From NCBI RefSeq assembly GCF_006345805.1, contig NW_021833750.1, positions 1-60,972 of the forward strand: DNA of 60,972 bases, written 5' to 3'. Below are positions 35,504 through 49,062 of the stretch, piece by piece (the stretch's first letter is position 1; each line of letters starts with the position of its first letter). The position numbers were made by a program, and so were the translations under genes. Below the pieces are notes generated by a model, which did no database searches, had not been told where the DNA came from, and saw only the letters and a program-made list of their open reading frames with translations. This DNA comes from Octopus sinensis (lineage: Eukaryota).

Positions 35504-36976
35504 ATATGACAGGCTTCTTTCAATTTCTGCTACGAAATCCATCACCAGTACACATGTCTAAGGTGCAACGCCGTGGAACTGAACCAAGAATCATATTGTT
35601 AGAAAGCAAACTTCATACAACACCCTGATAAGCTTATTTAAATAATAATCGATCGCGACAAATCCTGTTACTGTTTTACCTGTGTAAAAGCAGTCGTCTC
35701 CTTTTCGCTCATTGTTGGACGATACTTCCAGGGGAGAACAACACATCTACGCAGATGACTGTAAAACTATTTTAAATTTCAGAAAAATAAGACAAGTATT
35801 TTAAGTGGAATAGTGGAGAATCTGAAAATATATTTGTACTAATTTTATATATCAGAAAGTGTAAATTATTCACAAAACTGCATTTAGATCGTAAAATCCA
35901 GCAGACCGTATCAACGTTATAAATCTCAGTACTTGCCCGATCTTAAAATGTCTACATTTAGAAAAGACAGTTGTTTTAAAGTTTGTTTACTGATTGTAGC
36001 TGTCAGTTTTGTCTGTTTTGCTCTTTCAAAGATTTATGCTGTAAATTTCCAGGTAAGTAAAACTTAATTTTACCAACGTATTTGTGCGCTTTTCTATTTT
36101 TACTAAACTTACAGTAAAGTGTAATTCATTCTTTATTACATGCACACGCAAGCAAACACACGCATGCACGCACACATCTATATATCTTTTCGTTTGTGCA
36201 TACGCACACACAGACTAATAAACACAGTCACGCACGCACACACGTAGTGTGTGTGTATGTATATGTATGTATTTGTATGTAAGGATATGTGTGTGCGTAT
36301 ACATAGCAACACGCCTACTATTGAAAATCCATCCGTCTGTTTCTTTCTCTCTTTCCATTTCTTACAAAGGTCATCTAAAAAATGCAAAAGGACAATACAG
36401 GAAAAAAAACCCAGATTTTTAAAGCACGCACACCCATGTTCTCTCTCGTTCATCTTCCCCATCCCTCTATTTCATGGAATTCTGGCGCACACAATATGTA
36501 CGTAAAAAAACACAAAGTTAGCGCATTAACATTATATATATATATATGTGTGTGTGTGGTGTGTGTGTGTGTGTGTATGTGTGACCGCGTGTGTACTGTT
36601 GGAGATTTGTTTCCTCTATCTTCGCTTCTCTGGATCTTCCTTCTCCTATGTTTCCGACGAAGAGCTCCGCTCAAAACGTTAAACCTTCCTTCTTCCCTTC
36701 CTCCCTGAGCGTCTAATAATACTATATTTGTGCCACGTCCTCGCGTTGTTGTGTTTTCTCTTTGTGTTTTCATGTTTGGATTAACTATATATATATATAT
36801 ACATGTATATATATATATATATATATTAATACACCACACCACACACACAATATATATATTATTATATATATATACATACATATATATACAGATATATATA
36901 TATTTATATATATTATATTTATACATCTATTCTTTATGTATTTTTATGCATTAATAACGCAGGCACATATATATAT

Positions 36977-37029
<53 letters not shown>

Positions 37030-37032
<3 letters not shown>

Positions 37033-38040
37033 TGGTTAGGATTTCTTCGTTGGAGTGCAACCTGTCGGCTCCAGCGCATCCCGTTTTCCTATATATATTT
37101 TCCTATATATACATATTTTGTCTCCCATATTGGGGTGTTTAATTATGTTGTTTCTTCGTTGAAGGGTAAAGGGGGTCTCTTGTATATTTCTACATGCTGG
37201 GTAGAAGAAATGATCACTCCTTACTCTAGGCTGGTTTCTTCTAGTGTTTCTAATAGAATGAGAAGTTCCTGTTATTAGATAGAGAATGGCTTACTTCTAG
37301 GCGTTGGGTTACTTTATTGTGTTTGTGTTCTTTTGGATTTTGATTGTTTGATCTAGGTGGATGTGTATTTATTTGTGTAGATGCATTTGTTGTAGATTTT
37401 TTTATGAAGGGGTTATCTGAAGTGTAGTCTCTTTTGAATTGAGTTTCATAATTGAGGAAGAAGTTAATACTGTTTCCCCATCGTCGCAGGGAGTTTATTT
37501 CTTCCGTCTCACAGTTGTCATTCCATAATTTTAAAATACTTCCAAAAGTTGTCCCTCAGCATGTTTGGTGAGTTCGGAGTGCATTTACTCATCGATCTTT
37601 TGTATTTTTGTTCGTTACTCGAAGCTCTGAGTTGATTATTAACTCAATTTTCTATTTAAAATTTTTCTAATGCTAATTTCTCCCTAAGTTTTCTTTGCTG
37701 TTCTGGTTCTTCTGGGATTGGTTTAATTTGAAATTTGCGTGGTAGGATTAACGGTGTTGAGTTACACCATTTGTCGTAAGTTTCTGCTTTATTGTTATTT
37801 TTTATCATATTCCAAAAAGAAAATTTCCTGGTGTTGAGATTTTTAGACCAAATATGGTTAACCCGACTTTTAATTAAATGTGTTGATGATTCTTTTTCAA
37901 AATTATTTGTCAAAAATGAATGCAGTGTCGTGCATAGTTTGCTCAAATTTTGACTAACCTGTTCATTGTCTTCTTTGTTCCAATTCCGTTTCTTCTCGGG
38001 TACGGTAATTTAGCACATCTATTTTGTTAGTTAGAATAAC
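37030..38040 (-). mobile_element. PLE 5' coding fragment with adjacent pLTR-like sequence
   Basis: LPRKFQIKPIPEEPEQQRKLREKLALEKF; 37050-37120 is related to the PLE repeat at 4700-4765. Confidence 0.55.
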
Positions 38041-38049
38041 TAAATTTGA

Positions 38050-38072
38050 GTTAATTTCTTTCAATTATTTTA

Positions 38073-38166
<94 letters not shown>

Positions 38167-38320
38167 TATTTATATATAGATATATATATATATTATATAT
38201 ATATAATATATATTATAATATTATCTATAATATAGTATATTATATATTATATATATTATATATATATATATTATATATTATATATATATATATATATTAT
38301 ATTTATATTATATATATATT

Positions 38321-38359
<39 letters not shown>

Positions 38360-38660
38360 ATATATTATATTTATATATATATATATATATATAATTATAT
38401 TTTATATATATATATATATTATATATATATATTATATATATATTTATATATATATATATTTATATATATATATATTTATATATATATATATATATTATAT
38501 ATATATATATTTATATATATATGTATATATATATATTTATATATATATATATTTATATTATATATATTTATATATATATATATATTATTATATATATATA
38601 TATTTTATATATATTTATATATATATTTATATATATATATATATAGATATAAAATATATA
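38050..38660. repeat. Long degenerate (AT)n tract
   Basis: About 600 bp almost purely A/T. Confidence 0.95.
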
Positions 38661-39602
38661 TTATAACGATAAAAATTCGCAACACACACGCACACACACA
38701 CACACACACATACACACACATATATATATACATAAATATCAATAATACAGTGATTGTTTCTTATCAGGATTAAAATGTTCAATAGGACTGCTATAGTAGT
38801 TCTCAATTGAATGAGACAAATATATTAAACTACGGTTGCAGAACAAACAAATACAAGATGTATACATGTATATTCTATGTGAAAGAAAAAGCATTATGTG
38901 ATTAAATGTCCGAGATATGATATGTTACGTGGATAACCTAGTATTTTTTTGTTCTGCAACCATAGTGTAAATTATTCACAAAACTCTATTTAGATCTTAA
39001 AATCCAGCAGACAGTATCAATGTTATAAATCTCAGTACTTGCCCGATCTTAAAATGTCTACATTTAGAAAAGACAGTTGTTTTAAAGTTTGTTTACTGAT
39101 TGTAGCTGTCAGTTTTGTCGGTTTTGCTCTTTCAAAGATTTATGCTGTAAATTTCCAGGTAAGTAAAACTTAGTTTTACCAACGTATTTGTGCGCTTTTC
39201 TATTTTCACTAAACTTACAGTAAAGTGTAATTAATTCTTTATTACATACACACACAAGCAAACACACGCATGCACGCACACATCTATTCGTTTGTGCATA
39301 CGCGCACACAGACTAATAGACACAGTCACGCACGCACACATATAGTGTGTGTGTATGTATGTGTGTGCGTATACATAGCAACACGCCTACTATTGAAAAT
39401 CCATCCGTCTGTTTCTTTCTCTCTTTCCATTTCTTACAAAGCTCATCTAAAGAATGCAAATGGACAAAACAGGAAAAAAATCCCAGATTTTTAAAGCACG
39501 CACACCCATGTCCTCTCTCGTTCATCTTCCCTATCCCTCTATTTCATGGAATTCTGGCGCACACAATATGGACGTAAAAAAACACAAAGTTAGTGCATTA
39601 AC

Positions 39603-39680
<78 letters not shown>

Positions 39681-39756
39681 ATCCAAACAAGAAAACACAA
39701 AAAAAAACACAACAACGCGAGGACGTGGAACAAATAAAGTATTATTGGACACCCAG

Positions 39757-39792
<36 letters not shown>

Positions 39793-39996
39793 TGACCGCG
39801 TGTGTACCGTTGGCGATTTTTTTCCTCTGTCTTCCCTTCTCTGGATCTTTCCTTCTTCTATGTTTCCAACGAAGAGCTCCGCTCAAAACGTTAAACCCTC
39901 CTTCTTCCCTTCCTCCCTGAGCGTCCAATAATACTATATTTGTCCCAAGTCCTCGCGTTGTTGTGTGTTCTCTTTGTGTTTTCATGTTTGGATTAA

Positions 39997-40094
<98 letters not shown>

Positions 40095-40138
40095 CAATAA
40101 ATGGTAGGGTTGTGTTGACCGCACGTGGAGAAATGATA

Positions 40139-40707
40139 AGCAAGGAAAAATTGTAAAAATGTAGAATGCTAACTTGAAAGAAAATTTTAATGCAAATGGG
40201 TGTATGGAAAAAGTTTTTCAAAAATTGATAAAATATATAGATATATATTAATTCAAACCGGTTTTCGTCATAATGTAGCTTTTCAAGAATTGTAAAGGGA
40301 AAATTTATTATTTTTTTTTTAATGAGAAAGGGGAAAAAAGAAAATTTATCACAAAAAATTGATAAACACAAATTGAAGAGCTCAAAAGCCATAGAGTTGT
40401 CTCCCCTTATTCACAACACAGGAACTGAAGAACTACAATTACTACTACTTCCTGTTTTGCCAACACCCTTAATTAAACTAAACAACACATGGCTTTAATC
40501 CCATTGAACCCTTTTTTCCCCTTTCTCATTAAAAAAAAAAAAAAATTTCCCTTTACAATTCTTGAAAAGTTACATTATGACGAAAACCGGTTTGAATTAA
40601 TATATATTTATATATTTTATCAATTTTTCAAAAAATTTTCCATACACCCATTTGCATTAAAATTTTCTTTCAAGTTAGCATTCTACATTTTACAATTTTT
40701 CCTTGCT
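40139..40707. repeat. Inverted repeat, arms 40139-40340 / 40511-40707
   Basis: About 200-bp reverse-complement arms between (AGAT)n and (AT)n. Confidence 0.85.
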
Positions 40708-40711
40708 ATAT

Positions 40712-40762
<51 letters not shown>

Positions 40763-40770
40763 CACACACA

Positions 40771-40819
<49 letters not shown>

Positions 40820-40989
40820 TATATAGAATGTTGTATACTGTCAATCTAACGAGAACGTGACAGTAGGGGGTACACCACCGCTGTATAGCCCTAGGAAGCA
40901 TCGAACGCCTCCTGATAGCTTTGGCACATTTTTCCCTGTGTCCTTATATAGATATACGAAGGGGAGACAAACACCCCCGGCTGCCGGAA

Positions 40990-41041
40990 CTGCATCTAAG
41001 GACACCGTGTTTCAGGATCATTGTCCTTCATCGGCCTACAG
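40990..41041 (-). ncRNA. Type-I hammerhead-like motif with CCGATGA core
   Basis: CTG-TAGG-CCGATGA-AGGA-CAATGA-TCCT-GAAA-CACGGTG-TC-CTTA-GATG-CAG. Confidence 0.6.
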
Positions 41042-41185
41042 TAGCAGACACCGGTCAGCTGGTGATATTTGCCTCTAAGGGACACCCATTATATCCACAA
41101 TATGTTCCTCCGTATATATATATATATATATATATGAGTGTGTGTGTGTGTGTGTGTATTTATATGTATATATTTGCATGTAAGG

Positions 41186-41219
<34 letters not shown>

Positions 41220-41453
41220 ATAGCAACACGTCTACTATTGAAAAACAAATCCTCTTTTTCCTTCTCTCTTTCTATTTCTTACAAAGCTCATTTAAAAAGT
41301 ACAAAAGGACACAAAAGCAAAAGACCCACATTTTCACCCCCCCCCCAATACTCTCTCCCTTTCATCTCCTCCATCCCTCAATTTCTACCACGCAATGGGA
41401 CGGAACCTAAAACATGTGCTGGGAAGCACACTTACACACCTCCACGTCTGCGA

Positions 41454-41488
<35 letters not shown>

Positions 41489-41505
41489 TGTGTGTGTGTT
41501 TGTGT

Positions 41506-41559
<54 letters not shown>

Positions 41560-41758
41560 CCTATTTAAATATACTACGGGCTTTTTTCAGTTTCTGTCAA
41601 GACCTTTGTCGGCCCAAGTCTATAGCTGAAGACACTTGCCCAAGGTGCCACGCAGTGGGACTGAACCCTGAAACATGTGGTTGGGAAGTAAGTTTCGTAC
41701 CACTCATCCACGTCTGTGACTCTGTGTATGTGTGTGTGTGTGTGTTTGTGTGTGTATG

Positions 41759-41793
<35 letters not shown>

Positions 41794-42109
41794 GCGTGCG
41801 TGTGTCTATGTGTGTACACTGATGGATTCGAGGGTTTCGTTTAATTAAAAGTTGATTTCTTAATTTCTCCGGAGTATAAATACCTATAATAGCCATACTT
41901 AAAAAGAAACAAATTAATTCAGTTCAATTAAGAAGCATGAGTAAACAACATATTGTAAGCCACATTATAAATTGCGAAAATATTTATTTGCGCCCTGCCG
42001 ATGTCATTTTTTTTTTTCATTGTTTCATTTAAAAAATATGTTATTACCTCTCTTAGACTTCAGATGTTTTCATTTCAAACTATTTTCTAGGGCTTCGAAA
42101 CTACTACCG

Positions 42110-43095
42110 TAGCCCTCCAAAATGTTGCAGTTTTTGTATACCTCTTTTATTTTTAAAAATTTAGGATGAACAAAGTTCTTTTTAAATCGACAATATATTG
42201 TCCTTCATTTTCTATAATGCCCTTCCATCTAGCTGGTAGAGTTGTAAAGCCCCTCTTCTAAAATTCGCTTGTCCGTGACCAAAACTACACCTCCAATACT
42301 ATTCTGACCTCCTCTACAGAATTCATATTTTTTCCGTCCAAATGAATTTGAAGACTGTGGAATAGATGATAATTAAATGATAATTAGATGATAAATAGAT
42401 GATAATTAGATGATAATTGGATGATAATTAGATGGGGCAATGTCCGGCGAATGTGGTGGGTGGGGCAGCGTTTCCCATTGAAACTGCTTCAAATTTTGGA
42501 TTGTCATACTCGCGGTATGTGGCTGAGCATTATCCTGATGGAAGAACACCTTTTGTTTTGAAACCAGATGGTTTCAAGACGAAAAACGATGGTTTCAAGA
42601 TGAAAAAAGATGGTCGTTTTCAACTTGAATTGACTTGAATGACTAGTTAAATGATCAAATCCAAGGTTCTCCACCAGTTTCTCAACAGTTACGACGGGAT
42701 TTTGTTCCACCAGGATTTGAAAGATGTCCTTGATGAGGCTCATCTTCTAGGATGTAGCTTCTGGTTCAGAATTTTTGGAACCACCGTTGACAATGGCTTA
42801 CGCTTATTGTCTGATCCCCATATACTGCATTAATATTCTTAGCACTTTCCGTTGCTTTGTTGCCTTTATTGAACTCAGAAAGCAAAATATGCCTATTATG
42901 CTCCTTTGGCACTTCCATTATTGCTTTGAAAAAATAACTGTTAAAATCGAACTGCACTCATCAAAACTTCCACTAAGAATAAGGACAAGGTAAAATTACT
43001 GCCTGCTTTTATAACAAGTTGATGCAGGTAGTTTATCACGTCCGACTTTTAGTTCATGCAATTGAAAAAACTGCATTATTTATGGGATGAATCAA
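42110..43095 (-). mobile_element. Mariner transposon, internally deleted
   Basis: MEVPKEH.RHILL.EFNKG..ATE.A.NI..VYG..CQRWFQKF HTH region; HPPHSPDIAPS remnant; TIR-like TATATTGATTCATCCCATAAATAATGC near 43095. Confidence 0.85.
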
Positions 43096-43100
43096 TATAT

Positions 43101-43140
<40 letters not shown>

Positions 43141-43899
43141 ACGAATCAAATATTAAAAAAATCTATTTCAAATCTTTGTTAGATTATCCGCATAAGTGAA
43201 GTCAAGACCGGTTAGTTAGTATTGGCATCGCATCGTATTAGTAGTAATAATGAAGTTAAAGTAAATAGGGATATTTTGAAATCATTTAATACGAACGTTT
43301 CATGTTTGCGTAATACAGAATAGGAAATGCATCCTTTACGTAAACCTTCCTTAGTTGAAGCATTAAAAATGTGAAGAAATTCAAGGAAAATTTCAACATA
43401 TATAGGAGAGTATTGTAGTTCGCTTGAAACATTGTGTATTGATTGTAAAGGATAAAATGTTTTGAATGGTACAACAATGCACTATAATACAAACAATGGG
43501 CTATATACCTGTTGTAATTTAGTCATCTATAGTCTGATTATATTTCAGAATAAAATTCCTTCTTCATATATTCTCTATATATGAGTTGCTGCTATAATCG
43601 GTTTGCCAACGGCTTTTCTTTTTTTTTCTCTTTGATATACATGTGATTAGAGCTAAGATAGGAAGGTATATATGTATACAGAGAGGAAGAATGGGAGAGA
43701 TAGAGAGAGAGAGAGAGAATGAGAGAGAGAATGAGAGAGAGAAATAAAGACAGAAAGAAAGAAAGAGAAAATGGAAGAGAAGGACGTATATAGTGAGATG
43801 GTAGGAAGTGGGAAAATATGCAGGAGTGAAGTGTATTGAAAGAAAATGGTTAGTTTTGTTGGTTCGCATAGACATCTTTGTAAACTCAGTTGCCTATTA

Positions 43900-44695
43900 T
43901 ACTTCCTCAGCCGCCTATTGTAGCCTCTAGACAGAATAAAATGTGAGAGAACAATTAACCTCTACTTCTGACTCCACGAAAACTAACATTGGAGTTTCTG
44001 CACGCTGTACCTTGAAAAACAGCCGCAAGAGAGTTAAGTCCTATTCATTGTGCAACAACATGAGTCAAGTGAATTTCATTCGGACGTTTAGAGATTCCCA
44101 TTTGTTGTACGCAGCAGAATGCATGAAACAAAACTTGATTTATGTTGGTTGTACAACAGAAAAATTAAACAAAAGATTCAATGAGCATAGATATGATGTG
44201 GGGCACAATAACAGTAGTTTGACTGAACTTGTCGAACATTTTGCATTAAACGGCTGAAATTTTGTAAAAAGCTTGAAAGTGCATATTCTCAGAAAATATT
44301 CCGAATCTGCTATACTTTCAGTATTCAAAATGCATGAGGAGAAATATGTTTGATGGCTTAATATCATGCCCTAGGGGAATAAATACAACGACTGGAGAAT
44401 TTCATATTTACACAAAACTGTTCGATTAAATATTCTTTTTTCTTTTCTTTTTTCTTCTTTTTCTTTCTTTTTCTTTTTGCCAGTTGTAACTTGAAATTTG
44501 AAGACTGATGATGTCATTCCATCAACGTGGTGACCGTGTTGCCCTCGTTCATATGTTGGATTTGAATTTCTATACTTTTGAATTTTTTTGTATCACTTTT
44601 CATTTTGAACTTGACGAAGACAGGCTAGCTCTCGAAATATCGTTCAACCAAAAGAATATCTATTGCAATCGCATCGCGCTCTTCGTATGGTCCAA
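43900..44695 (+). mobile_element. PLE GIY-YIG endonuclease fragment plus pLTR
   Basis: YAAECMKQNLIYVGCTTEKLNKRFNEHRYD; hammerhead-like motif at 44605-44647. Confidence 0.7.
44605..44647 (+). ncRNA. Minimal hammerhead-like motif (TTGACGA core)
   Basis: TTGAAC-TTGACGA-A-GACAG-GCTAG-CTCTC-GAAA-TA-TC-GTTCAA. Confidence 0.4.
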
Positions 44696-44749
44696 TAATA
44701 ATAATAATGATAACAATAATAATGATGATGATGATGATGATCATGATGA

Positions 44750-45775
44750 TGGCAGACATTGAACGACTATACCTGCTAAGAAAAGAGGGTGATCGTGTAC
44801 TCTTACAAATGAAATTGACAATGAAGATTGCCACAATTGGCCTACACACTTACCTGAAAAACTTTGATGACTGGATGTTAAAAAACTTGTCTTTGAAGCA
44901 TGAAAACAAGAAAACGTCATACTCTGAGTGATTTCCAAATATAACAAATCCCAGAATCAAACGTACTGGAAACAAGCACAGAAAAAGCTAAGCGTGTGAA
45001 AACCCTTGCTAAAATTGCTGCTTTAAAAATTCTTACTGATAAATGGCAAGTAAAAGCTCTCAGTAGGAAATACCCAAAGAGAGATAATAACGCTGATGCT
45101 GACAAAACCATTGCCTATCAATGGTTAGTGTATTATGACTTAAAAGCAGAGACAGAAGGGTTTATCATAGCAGCCCAAGATCAATGCCTACCTATAAGAA
45201 GCTACCAGGCCAACATCTTAAAGAGCGCCAGCGGCCCAACATGTCGTGTATGTGAACAACAAAATGAAACCATCGATCATGTTGTTTCCATGTTCAGCCT
45301 TCCTGCGCCTACAGAGTATCTCAACAGGCATGATAGAGCAGCACAGTATATTAAATAGGTAATTTGTAAAGACTTGGATGTGACTCTTGATAAAAACTAG
45401 TAGGAATACAAACCATCTCCAGTGCTTGAAAATAGTCGCATCACACTTCTTTAGAATTTTACTGTTCAAACTGATAGAATGATAGATGCAAATAGGTCAG
45501 ACATTATATTGGAAAACTTCAGACTAAAATCATGTTTTCTCATCGATATGGCTGTCCCAATCGACATAAAAATTAGCAAAATGTGGAACTTCAAAATTAA
45601 AACAATACCTGTTGTCATAGGTGCCCTAGGAATGATAGCAAAAGGGGTTGATTGCTACCTGTCCCAGATATCAGGAAATCTAAAAATGGAAGAAATTAAA
45701 AAAATAGTGCTCTGATGAGACTTGGAGTCAACTTGTACAATTACAAAGCAAAAGCCAAACATATAATAATAATAA
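44750..45775 (+). mobile_element. R4/Dong-type LINE 3' half, family C, decayed
   Basis: ADIERLYL, KAETEGFIIAAQDQ, CRVC..ETIDHVV, DRMIDANRSDII, CFLIDMAVP. Confidence 0.9.
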
Positions 45776-45810
45776 CTAGCTGGACCCGTGAAAAATTCAC
45801 GGAAAATATA
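45776..45810 (-). mobile_element. Helitron-like 3' terminus
   Basis: Minus strand: hairpin CCGTGAA-TTT-TTCACGG shortly before CTAG-T; 5' end not identified. Confidence 0.45.
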
Positions 45811-45878
45811 AAAAAAATGTAAGCATCTGTAAATTGTGTGCTGGTGCCATGAGAAATGTTTCTATATTGTGACAGTTA

Positions 45879-46093
45879 AAGGCAGCAAGCTGGCAGAATC
45901 GTTAGCACGCCGGGCGAAATCCTTAGTGGCATTTCGTCTCTCTTAACATTCTGAGTTCAAATTCTGCCGAGGTCGACTTTACTTTCGTCCTTTCGAGGTC
46001 GATAAATTAAGTACCAGTTGCGTACTAGGGTTGATCTAATCGACTGTCCCTCTCCCTAACAAAATTTCAGGACCTGTGTCTATAGTAGAAAAG
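45879..46093 (+). mobile_element. SINE (GGCAGCAAGCTGGCAGAATCGTTAGC family) with 16-bp TSD; reverse copies at about 53145-53330 and 55665-55850
   Basis: tatattgtgacagtta at 45863-45878 and 46094-46109. Confidence 0.85.
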
Positions 46094-46514
46094 TATATTG
46101 TGACAGTTACAGAATATAGAAAGAAGTGCAAAGCCGATAACTATATAATCCAACCGAAATATCTCAGTTACGCAAACGTAAACAGAATTACTATTTAGCT
46201 TTAAAATACATCGTACATATTCAGAGAACCTTCTTGGTTTAGTGGTACGGAATATTTTTCTCGTATTCTTTTATTCTTTTACATGTTTCAGGTATTTGAC
46301 AGTGGTTATGCTGGAGCATCACCCTTTAGTCGAAGAAATTGACCCCTGGACTTATTCCCTGCAAGCCTGGTGCTTATTCTATCAGTGTTTCGCTGAACAG
46401 CTAAGTTACAGGGACGCAAACACACTAACATCGGTTCTCAAGCTATGGTGGTGGTGGTGGTGGGACAAACACAGACACAAACACACACATATATATATAC
46501 ATATATACCTACAT

Positions 46515-46558
<44 letters not shown>

Positions 46559-46559
46559 C

Positions 46560-48072
46560 TTAGAATAAATTAGAAAGGTTTTGGCCAGTATTGGCCCAGG
46601 CCATGCCTGACTTAACAGCACCACCTGGAGACGTCTTTCAATTCAGGATTTGGGCACCAAGGCCCATTCGAGCAGAGAGTTATTGTTTGCGGTGACATAT
46701 CCGGGTGTGGGTGGTTTGTCCAGGACTGTTTGAAGGAATTTGTCCAAAGACTTCTTGAATTTTGTGTGATCAGTTTCTGTTTTGACGTGTCCTGGTGTAA
46801 TGTTGAAGAGAGCGGGTCCAATTGAGGTGAAATAATTGTGCCGTATTGTCATTATGTGATGCGATTTAAATTTTTGTTGTGGACGGATGGCACGTGGTCC
46901 AAGCCTTGGATGTATTTTGAAGGTGATGCCAACATCATTCGGACAGTGCTGATGGAATATTTTCCACATCATATTATGACTCTCAAGGAAGTGAGTTATA
47001 CGCGATCTCAGCACTCTCTCAAATACCTTAATGATGTGAGAGGTGAGTGAGATTGGACGGTAATTCACGGCAAGCGATTTGTTTCCTTTTTTGAAAACTG
47101 GGACAACAGACTGGGATAGAAGGTCTTCTGGTATATATCCAGCATCCAGTGAGTTCCGCCACAGATTGGCTAGAGGGGGGTGCAAGTTGGTGTTGACACA
47201 TCTTCAAGACACAAGCAGGGAACCTATCGGGACCTACTGCTGAATTATGCTTCATTTCTTTTATTGCTGCTAAGACATCAGGAGCGCCAAAGGTTATGTC
47301 CGATAAAGTGTATTGGGGAGTACCATCACTGATACAGCCCAGATCAGTCATATCAGGATTGCTGAAAACAGAGCAATATTGTTTCTGCAATATCCCTCCC
47401 ATGGTTTTGGCATTGTCTTGGAGAGTACCATTTGCATCAATCAGAGGGCCAACAGTAGAACCAGTGACTGTGTTTTTTTTCAAATGAAAAGAACACTTTG
47501 GGATTGAGTTTGATCTTCTCAATGGCCCAGGCCTCTTCAGCTCTTCTCTGACTATTGTTGTTTTGGAGTTTATGTTGTTTTGGAGTTTATGTTTTTTAAT
47601 CTCTAGTGACGAGATGGCAGTCAGGTTGGTGTGTTGCTGTTGACAGTATTTCAGCTTGTTGATTTTTTTGTTAATTCTTTTAATTTTCTTGATGAGAGAT
47701 TTTCTATTTCTAGGGATTCGACACTTAGATTTGTTTGCAGATCTTAATGGGGTGTGTTTTGCACATATGTTCGTAATGGTGTCTACAAATGACTGCCAGG
47801 ACTTTTTGATGTTTTTGATGTTAGTGGGTGTGTATGTGTGCGTGAAGGACCAATCGACTTGTGCAAGATCATTATTGATCGCTTCCCAGATTGCATTGTG
47901 GAAATCCATAGTGTCAAATGGATGAACAGGAGGGATGACATTTGTTTTGCATTTTGACCGTTGATTGCTGAAAATTAAGTCTAAGACGTTTTTGTGACAT
48001 CTCGTTGGTTCGAGCACCAGTTGGCACAGGAAGAAATCATCCATGAAGTCAAGAAGCGATTCCACTGCCTCC
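46560..48072 (-). mobile_element. CR1-clade LINE with large internal deletion
   Basis: ORFs 47028-48065 and 46643-47185 (VPVFKKG..NYRPISLTS fused directly to the C-terminal region); 3' end homologous to 18980-19055. Confidence 0.9.
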
Positions 48073-48951
<879 letters not shown>

Positions 48952-49062
48952 ACACATACATACACACATACATACATACGTACTTATATATATATATATA
49001 TAGATAAACAGTATTTTTGAACATAACTACACCAACCATTTTTTAGACCTAAAACACAGGAA

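Larger units (their letters stand above)
35861..40000. repeat. Direct duplication about 35861-36790 / 38967-40000, with a diverged third partial copy at about 41140-41400
   Basis: Co-linear match of unique sequence plus pLTR repeat. Confidence 0.85.

Noticed and set aside
45710-45740. CTGATGA-GACT-TGG-AGTC hairpin
   Set aside because: No GAAA follows; the homologous R4 3' UTR at about 25620-25650 reads CTGGGTGAGAC, so the match is incidental.
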